64,000 nucleotides of DNA from positions 1,054,001-1,118,000 of the forward strand of contig SMSO01000035.1 in assembly GCA_004764695.1 (NCBI GenBank), in the 5' to 3' direction. Both the position numbers and the translations under genes were made by a program. Below are positions 22,182 through 37,100 of the stretch, in pieces (positions within the stretch are counted from its first letter, which is position 1; each line of letters opens with the position of its first letter). A model generated the notes under the pieces. It searched no databases and was not told the DNA's origin. It saw only the letters and a list, made by a program, of their open reading frames with translations. This DNA is from Schizochytrium sp. TIO01 (lineage: Eukaryota; Protista; Bigyra: Labyrinthulomycetes).

Positions 22182-25100
22182 TTAAAACCATGGAAGCCAA
22201 GTCGCATCCATGTTAGCTAAACGTTCTTTGCTTGTTGCCTCTTTCATGAGGCGGGCTACGGTAGAATCGCCAGCAACAGGCTCTTCAGGGGACAAATTCT
22301 GGCTCACAGACACAGCAAGCTTTACTTGGCATTCCATATCCCGCGGGGTGGCTTCCGGAGGTGTTCCACTATTTGGTGCCTTGCATGACGAGGCTGATAA
22401 TTTCGATGGTGCGGTTGATTCTTTTGTTGTTGAGGAAACTGCTGCAGATGAAGATGAAGATTTTTGCGTTGTTGCTGCGCTTGCTGCAGTTTTATTGGCA
22501 TTGCTGAAGGAAAATGAATCTAAACGACGATCCACCAATTTGATGTTACGACGAAGCTTGCGGTAGAGATCGCTCGGAGCAGCATTTGATTGTTCGGGGA
22601 ACTTAAACATCACTTGTAGATCATCAAAGAGATAGGACTCCAAGAATGACCTCAAAGCCACTCGATTGACAGGCTCATTCAGCACGCAGGTTGATACAGA
22701 GGTTATCACATTAGAAAAACGGCCTTGCACACCAGCAGGGGTCATCATGTGCTCCAAGTTACGAGTCAATCTGAACGGAACTCGGTCCTCCTCATTTAGG
22801 AGATTGCCTCTACCATCTGGACTATACCCAGGCCGAAATTCTACATTTAGAAGTGTCATATCTTCACGCAAAAGTTGTCGTGCAGGATTTTGTTGTCCGG
22901 TTGAAAGGACTGAAGACAGAAACGATGATAAACCAAGACTACTCATCATTGCATCACGTAGTAAAAGCATATGCCAAGTATCCTGAGCGCGCGACCTCAA
23001 ATGGTTCGATAACAGATACTCTGGAATAACTTCATCCATTCTTTTGAGCGCTTCGACACGGTTTTCACTGAGGGACTTTCCATTGTTCTGCAATGTCGCC
23101 AAGTTCTCTACAAAATATGCAGCACTAGCCACCTTGCCTTGGACAACGCCTTCGCGTTGCATACTTTCCTCAAATAGTACAGTCAAACTCTTTGTTCCAG
23201 GGGTATCAGTTTGCAGCGCTACCCTCGCATGGATAGGAATAACTACAGGAAGTGCAAATTGAAGTTGACCACGGCGCAAGCTTGAGTTCGAACGCTCGAG
23301 CATATCGTTCAGGAGCATCTTGAGTTGAACAGCACGTTGGTCCGCTTCTGTATGGTTAAGAGGTGATGCTTTGACGATGAAGTGATGCATCCGACCCGTG
23401 GAAGTACGAAATCCAACTCCTGGCTGAGAGAATCCTGTGTCACGCCGAAAGTAAACCTGGTGATGAAAACCATCCAGTTGAGGATGATTGCACAGCTTTG
23501 GCTCACCAAGACCATCCTTGAGAATGTGCATACCAGGCACATGTAAAGTTTCAGGAACCATGGTAGCCATCACTCGTGACCATTCGGTCAGTGGCACGCG
23601 AGTCCTTCGCGTGGAATATAGAGCATCAGTCAGCATCCCCTTCCAACGACCGATCCGGACTAAGATAGCAGCGTATGACATTTCACGACCACCAACAGAC
23701 TTTCCAACTCCGTCAGGTGGTAGATTTCCCTTCCGCAGAGCGGCCATCTGTGCAGGGTCAGGTTGAAAGTCCTCCTCAAATGGCCTTCGCAATCTCGTGA
23801 TTAGTTCCTTGTGCTGCTCAGAGCGAGCAACATTTTGTTCAGAAAACATCTTCACACAGAGTCGTTCAAGCATTTGCCACAGCTGAAACATCCGAACGAT
23901 TTCTGGGTCAACCTTCACGGAAGGCGCCACGTCCATGCTTGCAGCAAGCTCAGTCTGTACATGCGGGCTTGTACACACCTGGATACATTTGTCTAATAGC
24001 ATATAAATCGTGGAGTGTAACTCTTCAAGGGGCTCATGCCGTTTAACGACAATCGATAACTCCTCAATTAAGATTTCTGCTTCTTGAAAAAATCGTCCAT
24101 TGGTTGAATGAAATTCCGCTAAAGCTGCCTTTAGTCCAGACGCTGCTCTAATCGTTGGGGTATTTGCATCATTATGTACGCTAGTGGAGGGAGACGTAGT
24201 GGAGTTCGAGCGAACATCTTCCGACGAATTTTGGCGGGTTGGGGTTGAGGATGATGCATGATTCCTAGCAGCTGCCATGCGCTTACGCTGAGAATCTTTT
24301 CCAAAATAGTGCGATCGGAGGGTAAAGTAAACCGCATTAGGGTATTCGGTCCCAAGCATCTTCAAAAGGTGTTTCGTGATATCATTCACTTGTGACGAGG
24401 GCAATGATACAAGAGCAACCAACTGGGAAATCCAAGGCAGCCAAATCCATGTAGGAAGCATAGGGAGATGCATTGAGATGCTATTAGCTACGCTTGACAG
24501 AGATGCTGCATCCGCAACATTGCTCGGATCGTCATTCATCTCATCACTCAAGGCTTCTGCTTGCAATCGCCACAACACCTTAGGAAGCAACATTCTTGCT
24601 TCTGCGCTACCGCACTTCACCGCTTGCAATATACTTCCAGTCAGGATAGTGCAAACATCACGATCAACATACGGGTAGATACTACCTTCAGCAGCCTCCT
24701 CGGCTAGAATCAGACGATCTGCATAAAGTGCCCAGTCCAACCATGAACTTGCATGATTATGAGTTTGCACTGAGTGGGCAAATAAACCATGAATCACCTG
24801 AGGTCCATCATCCAATTGTTCCTGAACTGCAGCCCGTAACCTTAACAGCTCAGCCTTGTTTTCAACACCAAAATTACTCATATCTACTTCAAGAAGGGTC
24901 GTCAACGCCTTCGCCAAGTGCCGAGGCTTATTAACAAAGGCAGTAGAATTCTCACATTTCAACATGTTCAAAACGCGTTCGCGCAGGACAATAAACTTTT
25001 CCTCAGCAGATCCGCGCTGACGTGTGAGAATAGTATTGGCTAGAATAGCAAGACTCTCATCGATCATACCACGCTTGCGGTACACCTTTGCTCGCTCTAA

Positions 25101-28100
25101 CACGGTCCAGCGTGTATCATGGCTTGCAGCAAGAATTTGCATTTGTGCAGGTTGCAGTTCAACGCGGGCGCCTCCAGGACCACGGTTTACGCTTGTAGAG
25201 GACACGCGGCGCAAAGACTCCTCAAAGAACCGAGTACCTAACTTGAAGATGCTCAATCTAGCGCAAAGAAGATCGTCCCAATCCTTAGGGTCCTCGTTGA
25301 CAGAAGGCACCCGCTCACGCCAGCGCTGAAGCAACCGGTTAATCAGGTAGGATTTTTGCGCAGATGCAGAGCTTGTCGAGCCTTGGAGGCTACTGGAACT
25401 TGCTGACCTTGGGAGAGGCTGACCTCCTGGGGCACTGCCTGCAGGCCTAGCTTGGTTCGCAGCTACAGGGTTCTTCATCGAAGAGGCGACACCAAGAACG
25501 TTGGTCAAATAAGCGATTGATTCTTCAAGTTCAACAAGTCGCTGACAACTAAACAATAGATCTCGGCGACGCCCAACACCGCCACGGTGTCCTCGCACCG
25601 ACCAATCCAAGAGTAATGCATTAGCAGATTGTCGCCAAATATGATCCACCTCTTGAGCAGACTTTGCCTCTTGAATCGCAACAGAAATATTCATCAATGC
25701 AGGACGTACAGGTAGAAGGTTAGGATGCAAATGTGACGGAAGATATGGCCGATCTTGGGATATTTGCATCTGCATGTTTTGCATTTCATCAATTTCAGTT
25801 GCTAAAAGAGTTTTGATCTTACCTGACCAGTCAGGGTTCCGAACTCGTGCCGAGCTCTCGAGAATAGTCGCTTTATCCCCTTGAGCACTGGCAAGCTCAT
25901 GTAGATTGTCCCATTGACCAAGCTGTCGAGCGCAATTTCCCCAGCGCATTTGCCATAATTCTAGCTCTAACGAACTCAACTGAGCAGGTACCCAAATAAA
26001 CTGCTTCGGTTTCTCAGTTGATTCTGACGTAGCCACTGCTTCTTTACTTCCTTCGACGTCCATCAGGTGAGTTTGATGACCATCCTGGTTGAGCCCATCC
26101 CCAGAAGCTGCGCCCGCATCGGTGCCACCCACGCCACTATCTCCTGCGGGTCCTCCAAAATTAATATCAAAGTTGTCTAGCATCAAAGGATCCATCAAGG
26201 AACCACCATTTGAGCCGTCTGCACCGCCCGGTACCGGATCAAGCCCGATGTGGTCAGCTAGATCGTCAAGCATGCCTCCAAACTCATCTCCGAAAAGATC
26301 CATCGGCAAAGGAGCTAGATTGGGATCCAACAGATCAGCACCGTTGTCAACGCCTGAGCCATCATGCATACCCATGCTGACATCAAGAGGCTGAGGAATA
26401 GCTGAAGAATTATCGAGGTGATCAGACCCAGAGAGTAGAATTGGCTGCACATCTATCGGCGCCGATGACGATGCAGAAGCGTTTTGCTGTGAACCTTCCC
26501 CGAGATTTGGGGCCGGTGGGTCGGGCTGGGGTACAACGCGTGCAACAAGATATCTGCCATCACCTGCTTCAGTTCTTCGAATAGCATTAACGTAGGTTTG
26601 TTGGGCCTGCTGCCATGAACTACTAGCTTCAAGTGCAAGTCCTGCAAAGGTGGGTGCCGAATTGCAACAAGACCGAATTATACCATGCAGCATATCCTCA
26701 TCATCACGGCGGTATAAATCAAAGACAGTGCGTGTCCAGCGATTTGCATTGGCACGATTTAGAGCAGGTTTAGCGTCAGCCGTTGCAGATTCCATAAGCG
26801 ACTTAATATCTGGAGTTTCCTTCTTTTCCTTCTTGCGCTTACGCTTTCCATCTTTGCCATCCTTTTCAGTTAATAGTTTTTGACCAATTGAGAATGCTGG
26901 AACAGCAGTGTTTAATGACACTGAAGAGCCCTGTTTAACGGTGGAAGATCCTGAGTACTCGACCGAGGTGCTAGAGGTTGCATTACCTGCAGAGGGCTCT
27001 GCCGTTCCAGAAGTAGTCGAAGCTGCGATTTTCTTCTTCTTCTTCTTCCGTTCAGGATCAGAGGTGTTCTTGGGTTCAATTGGCGGTACATGTGCAAAGT
27101 CTAGGCCTCTTGAAAAGACATCACGGTCCTTTTCTTGCAACTGCTGCACAAGAAGTTCACTGAGTTCAATTGATACATGTCTCAAACCAAGATGCCCACC
27201 CACATAGTCTAGAAGCTCGGGGGATAAAATAGGAAGCGGTCGCAATCGCAAGAGACCTTCCATAAGTACCTCTACAACATTTGGCGCCTCGTGCCATCCA
27301 GCAAGGAGAGTCCAGGTTGAAACACGGCGTAAACTAAACGCTTGAAGAATTTCTTGGAACGGGTCTGCCGCAACACCAGCGCGGAGCTTTCGGGCTTTAC
27401 TGAGGGTCACCAATGAAGAAATATCGTCAAGGGCATGTTGGACAACAACAGCACAACGTTGAATTCCTGCAAAATAGGAAACTTCATCTGGAAGATGATA
27501 TGGGCGTGAAAGCAAAACATGAAGGCCTTCCGTCATTACCATTTTTTGCTGTTCTTCAAGAGCTTGCCAAGCCTGAGGAAACACTTCAAGCCAGGTTTCC
27601 TTCGCAGTTCGAATAGACTGATCGCCATACATTAGCTCCTGCAGTGGGTCCAAAATGGCGTTACTTGTCTTCAAACGACGAAGATCTGACAAAGTACGGC
27701 GCAAGGACTCTAAAAGCGGAAGCTGGCCACGTGAAAGAGGGGAAGCTGCAGCCAATTCTGATGAAGAGAAGCGTGGCATTTTAAGATGACCTGTTGATTC
27801 ACCGTCAACGAACGATGAGGGGTGTAGTGATGACAGAAGAATCTGCAATGCAGCGGGGAGCCAGTTTGTATCTGCCATGTGAGACCAATCTTGCTTGATA
27901 ATAATCTGCAGTTTTGCATACGGTCCTTTACTCTTGTACTGCTGAGAGGAAAATAGTTGAAAGAACTGTTTTCTTTGATACACATCATGCGCCAACAACC
28001 CTGCTACCATTCGAGGCCACAACTGTTGTACCCAGCTCACCTTGGAGCGATCATCCCGCACACTAGGATCATATATGCGAAGAAGAAGCTCTCGGTAGGA

Positions 28101-31100
28101 ACGCATGAGCTCGCGAGCTTGAGGTAATTTGTTGAATTGCTCAATTTGTTCAAGTTTTTGCAAAAGCTGTTGACGCTCTTTGAGTAGGAGCTTATTGACC
28201 ATTGGCTGTTGCTGCGAAGTAGATGTCGGATTTATCGAAATTCCCTGTGCCCCCGCTGATGCGATATGCTCTACCTTAGTCTTCGGATGAACTTCAACAT
28301 AAGGGTGCTGAGCACTCTTTGTGTTTGTGCCGCCTGCAGGGACCCCTGTAGTTGAGTTAGATATTGATGAAGAAGTTTTAGGGTCCTTGCTGCTGCTTCC
28401 ACTAGTTTCAATTTTGCCCGCTTTCATGACGTCAGTACTTGTTTGGGTTGAACCCACTCCTGAGGCTGTTGCAGCAGCAGCCTTGCGCTTTCCCACAGAT
28501 GGAAAGGGGGCAGCAATCCAGTTAGCAGATTGCTTCACAATAGCACACAAAATTGCCTCGTCGTGCACATCTAATTTATCCAAGAGAGTATGAATAAGAA
28601 GAAGGTACTGGCGACGATGGCTTTCATGACAGAGCACCCTTGGTCCAAGAAGCTCCAAGCAAATTCGCATCGTTTGTGATGCGTAAGTGCGGTTCAGCTC
28701 AGGAGGCTGAGGGACTGATACGAATAAAGTCTGAGACCCCCCTAGTGAAGCGGCTGTTTTGGCAGCGTTTTTGGCGCGAAGGCTGGCTGCTCCGCATAGC
28801 TCTTTACAGATTTTGTTCATAATTTTCATGAGTGAGTCCATGAATCGATCGATGAGCTTACCGCTATATACCTCAATTTTAACAGTCGCATCCAGAACCC
28901 CGTCGCGTTCCATAGAGATAGCAGGTATTTCTCGACTACATATAACCTGGAGAAGCTGCAAGGTTTGCAGGGTCCCCTTAGGTCCCGCTCCTAGCTCCTT
29001 TGCTTTCCGAAGTGCTTCAATGCGAGCAGCCTTTTGGTGTGCTGCTTTGGAAGGGACAGCTACCTTAGCTGGCTTCTTTGTTTTTGCTGTTTTCACCTTA
29101 ACAGCCTTGTTAGCTCCCGAAGCAGATGCAGTACCTTTGTTAAGCATAGCTTTCATACTAGCCACCTTGGCGGGGTCGCTCCCAGCTGCAGAAACATCAG
29201 ACGAATGGGCTGATGAACTGTGACTTTGTTGTTGTTGCTGTTGCTGAAGAACAGCCTGCTGGTGACTTTGTAAGGCATCTTGCATTGCCTTCTTGCCATC
29301 GTCTGCAGCAAGGAAAAGGCGTTGCTCGATGGCCTGGAACAGTGAGCTGTAAAATCCGTTGTCCATGGTTGTTTTCCCAGAAGGAGTAGTTGCCTGAGGC
29401 CCACGAGTCGGCGAGGCCGGATCTGTAGAAGCTGGTGACAACGACACTGTGGTGGCCTTGGTTGATGCTACTAAGTCAATGCCGCTGGAGTTTGCCAATG
29501 GAATTGGCATGATTTGAGTCAAGTGTGAAATCCAAACAAGAAAAATCTCACGAATACCACGTTCTGCGCAACCGAACACAGCAGGGAATGATTCCTCGAA
29601 GGTAGCGCGCATTTTCACGATAAAAAGGTTCTGCAATAGATTCCTTGTCTGATCTAACAATCATTGTTAATATTTCAAGGATGCAGTACAACACACCGGG
29701 ACTCTCTTCATTAAGAACAGCCTCCTTCTGGGACTCAGATGCTGTGGTGTTCGTCTTTCCCGCAGCAGATTTAGCCGCAGCATCTCCACCTTGCTCAGTT
29801 CTTTCCTTTTGCTTCTTAACAACGAGCTCAATTTGCTTCACAATCAGAGCGCATCTAATCCATTGCCTTCGGCCAGCAGTAGAAGAAGCCGATGGAGTTG
29901 CAAGGGGTGACAAGGGCGTTGCCTTGGAGGCATCAATCGTGCTTGCAGAAGTACCAAGTCCCTCCTTTGCTCCTGCTTTGGTTGCAGTTGGTGGGACTGC
30001 CGGATGCATTCGTGATGCAAAATCAAGAAGTTGTTGAAATAGGTACATGCACCGCCGCTGGAGAGAACTAGATTCAGGCTCTTTAGATTCAGCTAGAACC
30101 ATACTAGCTCGGATTAGGAAGTTGAGCACGGCTGTAACCATCGGCGCATTGGAGCGAAAACCGCGCGCCGATTCTTTCGCAGCTGTTAGGCGTAGAGGTA
30201 AATCACTTGATGAGGCTTCTTCAGATGCAGCATTTTCCCAGACAACTTCCTCAGCGCTACGTGTCAGCTCCCATCGCAAGAAAAGCTCAGCGAGATCCAC
30301 TGCCAAAACACGTGTGGCCATTGTTTGTGGAACCAAAAGTTTGGCGAGAGATGATACAATCTGCGGGAGGAAATGTTGTCTGTTCTGATAAAACAGTTCT
30401 GGATGGCTAGCAACCAGCTGCCAGATATGTGTCAGCTGTGCTAATTTCTGGGATTCGTCAGTAGCAAGTTTCTTCGTCCAACGAATTGCACGAGTATACT
30501 TTTGAACTTTCAATCGTTTCGCCAAGGCCGGTACTAAGAGGTCTAAAGATTTTCGAACCAAGTGTCTCGATTCACTGGAATGCTCTCTGAGGAGAGCAAC
30601 GAATACCTGAAGGATAATATCAGGAGGCGTGCGGTACACATTGATAAACGTGCAAATGTTCACATAAGCCCACTGTTTGCTCGACGAATCGTCATGCTTA
30701 AGGTGATTCCATGCAAACTTAATGAGCTCTTTTCGCAAGGCGTCCAGTTCCTCCCCGTAGTTAGCAATCAACAAGGTTGCTAGCTTCAGAAGCTGAACTT
30801 GAAGCGCCTCTCGACTAGACGGCGTGATGTCGAACAGGCAAAATGGTGGTGTGCGGAGCTTTTGAACAAGCTGAGAGGAGAGCATGGGGGTACTTCGGTT
30901 AGGAGGAGAGACACTGTTGTCTGCAGTAGCACGATCACCCACTTGAGTTCTTGGTGGAGAGGCCTTTGATTCCCCACCTTCAACACTAGGGCCTGCCGGG
31001 GGCGGAGATCCTGCTAAGTTGCTGTTGGAGGCTGACGACGCTGGGGAGGATTCTCCATGCCCAGTTGCCCGATTTGGTTGCGCTTCACTTAAAGAGCTAG

Positions 31101-34100
31101 ACTTCGATCCAACTTGGTCAACGCTTGCTTGCTGACCTTGATCGGTATTTTGACTCACCCCAGCGCTAGTTTCTGAAGAATTGTTGACACCACTGCCGCT
31201 AGAAGATGCCGGTGTAGCAGAACTAGACGAGCGAACCGAGCCAGGAGCAGATGCTCCACCTGGAACACTTGCAATAATTTCACGTACCAGCTCTTCACCT
31301 AGAAGTCGACCACCGCCAACGTTAATACGACTTGTGTGAAAAGGGCGACTTGTTCGAGACTGCACTAAGATTGGGATAACGATCAGGCGAAGAGCAGCTT
31401 CTTTGATATGGGGCGACATGGGTTGGTCCTCATGAATCAAAGTGATGTATTGTTTCACGATTGCCAAACGAAGATCCATCACTGGATTTTGAGCCACTTC
31501 ATCTCTGTAGAATCGCATCCATGTTGCACTATCCATAGTGGTCCGTACCGAGGCAACTGTCAGAAGCTCGTACGGGATGGCAGCTGCTGTAAGTAGCAGT
31601 TGCTCGATTTGACTCGTTGTTTGAGCACTAGCACCATTTGAGCTCCGAGTGTCACGACGTTGCATATCACGATTTAGAGCCTTTGTAGCATGCCGAAAGT
31701 GGGACATAAAAATGTTGCACATGTTGGTGTAAAATTCCCGCTGACGCCAGCTTAATATTTCCTCTTGCCGCAAATACCCAATGAGACGTCGATCCCGCCA
31801 TACCGAGAGGAGGTTCTCTAGCAAGTTAGGGCGTACAGAAAGCCAATGAGGACAATATCGGATCACTGTGTGGATAATGTCAATTGCGTAGAAGGCAAGT
31901 ACAATATGTTCTTGGCGTCCTGCAGTACGGTCGCCACTGGAGTTACTACCAAGCGAAAGCATAGTTGAAATTAATCGGCTTGTGTGCTCTGGTTTGATAA
32001 GTTCAGCTCGAAGACGCCCAGCCTGCGGCATGCCTAAAAGCTGTTTGCACAGACGTACTAGATCCTTGTTGCGAACCATCTCAGTCAACAGATATGTGAT
32101 AACTCGCGCTGGAAACCTAAAACAAATGAGTTGAAGAGGTTCCTTCATAGGCGAGGAAAGGTGCCCAGGGATGCGAAAGAACGCTGACGTGTTAGGTGGC
32201 GTTGCTGGATTTGTAGAAAACATTTGCTCCACCGTGAGTCGTTGAGCAGCAGCTTCGAGCCTTAGAACATGGGTGATAACCATTTTGAGGTTATCCATAA
32301 TATTTTTTTCGGGAAAATGTGAGAGCACTCGCAAAATCTCACTAGCCAGATCAAGTCCGACCAGCTTACGGTCGGTCCGCAATTCTCCATCAACAGAAAG
32401 AGCTTCATCTGTAGGAATTTGCGAAAGAATACTGCGGAGCTGTCCAATAAGGCTTGTAGCCACCGCAGCTATAACCTGCTGCGACTTGAAGGTCTCAACA
32501 ATTGCCAAGGTTCCTTGAAGCATTGGGGGCGAAAACTCTGAGTCTCCTGCATTCTGTTGCCCAAATTCTGCCTCAGAAGTGCGGAGGGAACGAGTCACAA
32601 ATTTCAAAAGCTCGCCAACCACCTGAGTGGGCACAGCTTTAGCGGGATCTTGAGGATCGTTGTTGAGTTTCTCACGTGACAGTCTTTCAATGATTTGCAA
32701 ACCATTTTGTGCAGCACGGCTAACACTTGGCCATGAGCTAAGCGCCGATGTTATCACGAGTTTGACGGCTCGGTCGCGAACTTTACGGAACTGGTCTGTC
32801 CCATCCATTTCTCGAACTAAATTTACACCCCCTCGAGTCAGGCATGCCCGCATCAATTCCACAGCAACAACCCGCAGTGCAACGCTTCTAGGCACATCTG
32901 GAAAGGCATAAGGGCCTGCATGCAAGCAACCTGGTGTATGATCACTCGAAGCAAATGAAGTAAGACCAGCTTTTAGTGCATACGGATGGGAGTTATACTC
33001 CAAACAAACAACATAGCTCCGTTCACTACTTGGTCTGGCTGACATTTCAACGAGGACAATTGCATCAGCCATTGTCTGAACGATCCGTTTCCGCATATCC
33101 TCATTTCTCAGATCGATAGGACATGGGTCTTGATCAAGAAGAAATGCAAGGGCGTCAAGGATGACAACTTGCATTCCACTAGCGCGCTTGCGCACAGTCC
33201 TAGAGAGAAAAAGTTGACGCAAAACAGCGAGTTCTCGCGGCAGAAGGGCCAGCAAATTTCCGATTGGTACATTACAACACTTTGACAGCAACGCAAATGC
33301 ACGTTTGCATGCTTGGCGACTGGGTTGATACTGACTTTGTAGGAGTCGAAGAAGTGCCTTTACAGAGCACTTCGTTCGCTCTTTTGCAGCAAGAGCCTCA
33401 GCTTTAATTTTTTCCTCTTGTGCAGTTTGCTCAGATTTCTCATTCGCGGTGTCGGTATTCTGAGAAGGTGTCTTTTTTGCACTTGTACTATCACTGCTAC
33501 TAGCTTCGGTGGCTGATTCAAGACCACCCTCTGGCACAGGCGCAGGGGGGGCAGTAGCTTCAGCATCCGAACTATTACTGCTCTCTGCAACAGCACCCGA
33601 TGGGTTTTCTACCTCCATAGGTTCTGCTTTACCATCTGTTGCATTCTTAATATTAGCAGGATTAGCGTCTGTACTCGTTTGCTTCTCTTTATCATTGCTA
33701 AATGCGCTACTGACAGTGTTTGAGGATCTTGATGGAGTTTGGGACACAGCCGCTGAGGTTTGGGAATGTTGCGGGGCTATCTTTACTGGTGCATGGTTCG
33801 CGATGATCACCTCCTGGAGACCAGTCAAAGCATGGAAATAGACATCAATACCATAGGCTTCCTGGTGAGTTTCAAGGAGTAAAATGAGAATATTCAAAAT
33901 TGGCCGTTGCATGACTTGAATCCAGCGAGCACCGGTAAGGGAGAGCAAATGCCGCAGGCCAATGCAACCACCTAGTCTGGCTTCCCAGCGGTGTTCTGAG
34001 GCTGCTTCTCCTAGCCGAAGTACTAAATCACGCAACAGTGGTTCAGCAGATGTCCCGATTGGGCCTTCATCCATGTCAAGAGAATTCCTGTTCAAGGCTT

Positions 34101-37100
34101 GAGCCATAGTCACTGCCATGCGCGTCATCATAAGCATAGCTAATCGGGAGTGTGCTGGGCTCGCAGTTGAGAGAAGACGAACAACAAGCTCGTTCACGAC
34201 TGTTGCATCAACACCACCACCGAGTACAGCTGGAGCATCTGTGCGCTCTGATGCCTCAGCATCGATATCCTCGCTTGTTTTACTTGAAGATCGCTGCCGA
34301 CCAGCATGGGCTGGGGTGGCAACGCCCGTTACATTTGCACCTGTGTTGATAATGACCTCTCCAGTTGGCGTTTTCACCGAAGATGCCATCCCAGCAACTA
34401 CAATAAATTCCAAAACTCCCTGTAACAACGGCCATGTTGAGCTACTTACTTGATGATCACAGCTTGCTTCGGCAAGACCAAATAAAACATCAACAAGGAG
34501 AACACGCTGAGCTTTCTTCAAACCAGAAGTACCTTCTGAAGCTGCTAATGGTGGAGTTTGATAGAAGGGAACCTTATCCGTTTTTTGTTCAATGAAAGCT
34601 CGCATTGTTTTTTGTCCTGAAGGTGGTGTCTGGAAAACTGGTAACTCAGATAAGTCGCTCGTATCAAGCATGTGTGCTACACACGCAAATAATAATTGGA
34701 CTGATTTTTGCTTGTAGTACTCCGCGTCTTCAAGATCGCCAAGCACATTATCGCTCGGTGTGTGCTGCTTTGTCACTAAAGAAGATACTGGAGTATACAA
34801 CGCACGTTGCATAGGAGTATGTGTTGCGCTTCCCACACTTGTGATTACGTCCTGTAGATTTGAAGACGATACATATGTAGGGTGAGCTGGGGAGCGCACA
34901 TTACCTGCGGCTAGGGCTGCCATTGCTGATGACACTGGACCTTTCAAACTTGAACGATAGCGTTTCGGAGAAGGAGATATACCAGTTGTGTTCATCGACT
35001 CAAGCGCAGTCAACCAATTGACACCAATTTCTGGTTGATGGGTTTCGTGAAGAAAAGAACAAGCACTTTGAGCAACCTGATCAAGGCAAAATCGTAATTT
35101 TGCACCGTCACTACCGCCTCTCTTCTGGCCCTGTTGAACCATTGCCCAATGCATTTCTACCACAAGGGCGCGCTCAGTCGCCGTTCGTGGTCGCAATGGA
35201 AGCTTGGGGTGGACATCAACAAGGGCAAGACGAGCACGCTGCCCCATTTTGCCCAAGACGCGCAAAGCACCAGTTCCACAGGGCTGAGGTGAGGGTTGCA
35301 GCAGCTTAGCAATAGCATGCGCAAATGTTGGAGAACCCTGGTTTGCAGACTCACTGTTGTGCAGAAACAAACTCTCAAATTCTGTCGAACCAAGATTATC
35401 AACCCACGATTCAAGAATGCGAAGAGCAAGTCTTACTAACTCAGTGTTACGGTGTTCATTAGCTGATAGTGCTGTCTCAAAAGCATTTTGAAGAATCGGC
35501 GTATAAGTAGCAAGGTCCGGACGTGGTACGCGTACTGCAAAAAGAAGAACAACTTCTGCAACTAAATCTGCACGAGCACTACGTGAGGATTTAGACTCAG
35601 CTTTAGCATGCAACAGTAACTGTGAAAGCGCGCGAAGAGATGGCACGAGTAAATTCTGAATTTTACCCTTCACCAGCTCTTGCAATACCGTCCTGCGGGC
35701 GATCACACGCATGAGAGACCTTAAAGTCATTAAATAGCAATCACGACCTTGACTGCTTGCACAAATCATGTAGCGCTGACCGTGAAGAGGTTGATTAACA
35801 AGATTTGCCGCGCTCTTATCACCCTCAGACTGCTGCAAATATTGAGGGATGAAAGGAGTTTGGACATCCTGACGTACCGTAGCCATAGCCGAGCTTGTCA
35901 TGTGAGGGGCAAGTACAAAACAGAGGGTAATCAATTTTTCAATGCGGGACTGTAAATTGCCAGCAATAATCCAGCCCGGGGTCAGGCCTCCGATACGTGA
36001 AGGGGTGTTTGGGTTATCCCCTTGACGCCCGGCATTCAAGCCCAAGGAAGGAGGCGCAGGACCCGCCACAGAATCTTCTGTGTAATTCTCAACACATGTA
36101 AAAAGAATTTCTACTAGCTGTGCCAGAATTGAAGGAAAGTTGGCCTCTTGTTGTACACCCTCTTCAAGGACATCGGAGGAATATGGCCTACGTCCAGAGG
36201 CTTTGCTAGATTTTGCACTAGGACTTCTGAGGTTTTGGGTGCTTGCAACATCGTCATCGCCCAGAGCTGTCTCGTCTGTGGTAGAACCAGTTGAGGTGCC
36301 GGCTTTACGTTTGTGAGAGCCAGGTAGATTTGAGGAAGCACCAGGTGCAGCTGGTGAAGATATTGGTGAGTTCGAGGAGTCGCCTCCTGCTGCGGTCGGG
36401 GATGCGGTCCCAGAGAGAGATGGGCTTGCTGCAGCTGAAGAAGAGGCACTAACAGAATTGTTTGATTCCGTTTGCTTTCGAGTTACATTCATCGGCGAAG
36501 CAGTAGTTGCGAAGGCAGCACTTGGAAGGCCAAGACCGCTGCGCGTTGCTGCAGCTTTGCAACCCCCTTTGGGCACACCCTTAAAGACAAGGGGGTTGGC
36601 CGTCGAAGTAGCAATATTGGAGAGATCAGGGCCGCAGATGAGTTGCTTCTTCGTTGGCAAGACACCACCTGACATTAATGTGAAATGATCAATCACAAAT
36701 TCGAGAAGTAGCCACATGAAGGAATGAGAAATTGAGTTTTTTCGCAGCAGACGCTTAGGGAATGCAATCAGGGTAGGGTGTCGAACAAGATTGGCAACCA
36801 AAAGCGGTAAACGAGCGCGGAATAGATCCGCAAAGTCATGCGAGTCCAACACAGTGAAAACCTCTGCGAATTGATTAATGATATCTAATTCGCCTGCAGT
36901 AGCAGAGGATACCTGCTTCAGCTCCTCAGCTTTCGAAATTGGTTCCCGAGGTGGCGTTTCGTCGTAGGACTCCTCTTCCAAAAGACCATGACGGTATACA
37001 GGCAGACACTGAAATCCCCACTGCAGTAAATTAGCCACCATTTCCATTTCCGCAGAGTCAAGTAGCCCACTAAGATACGAAGGTTGAGACCCAGATGCAT

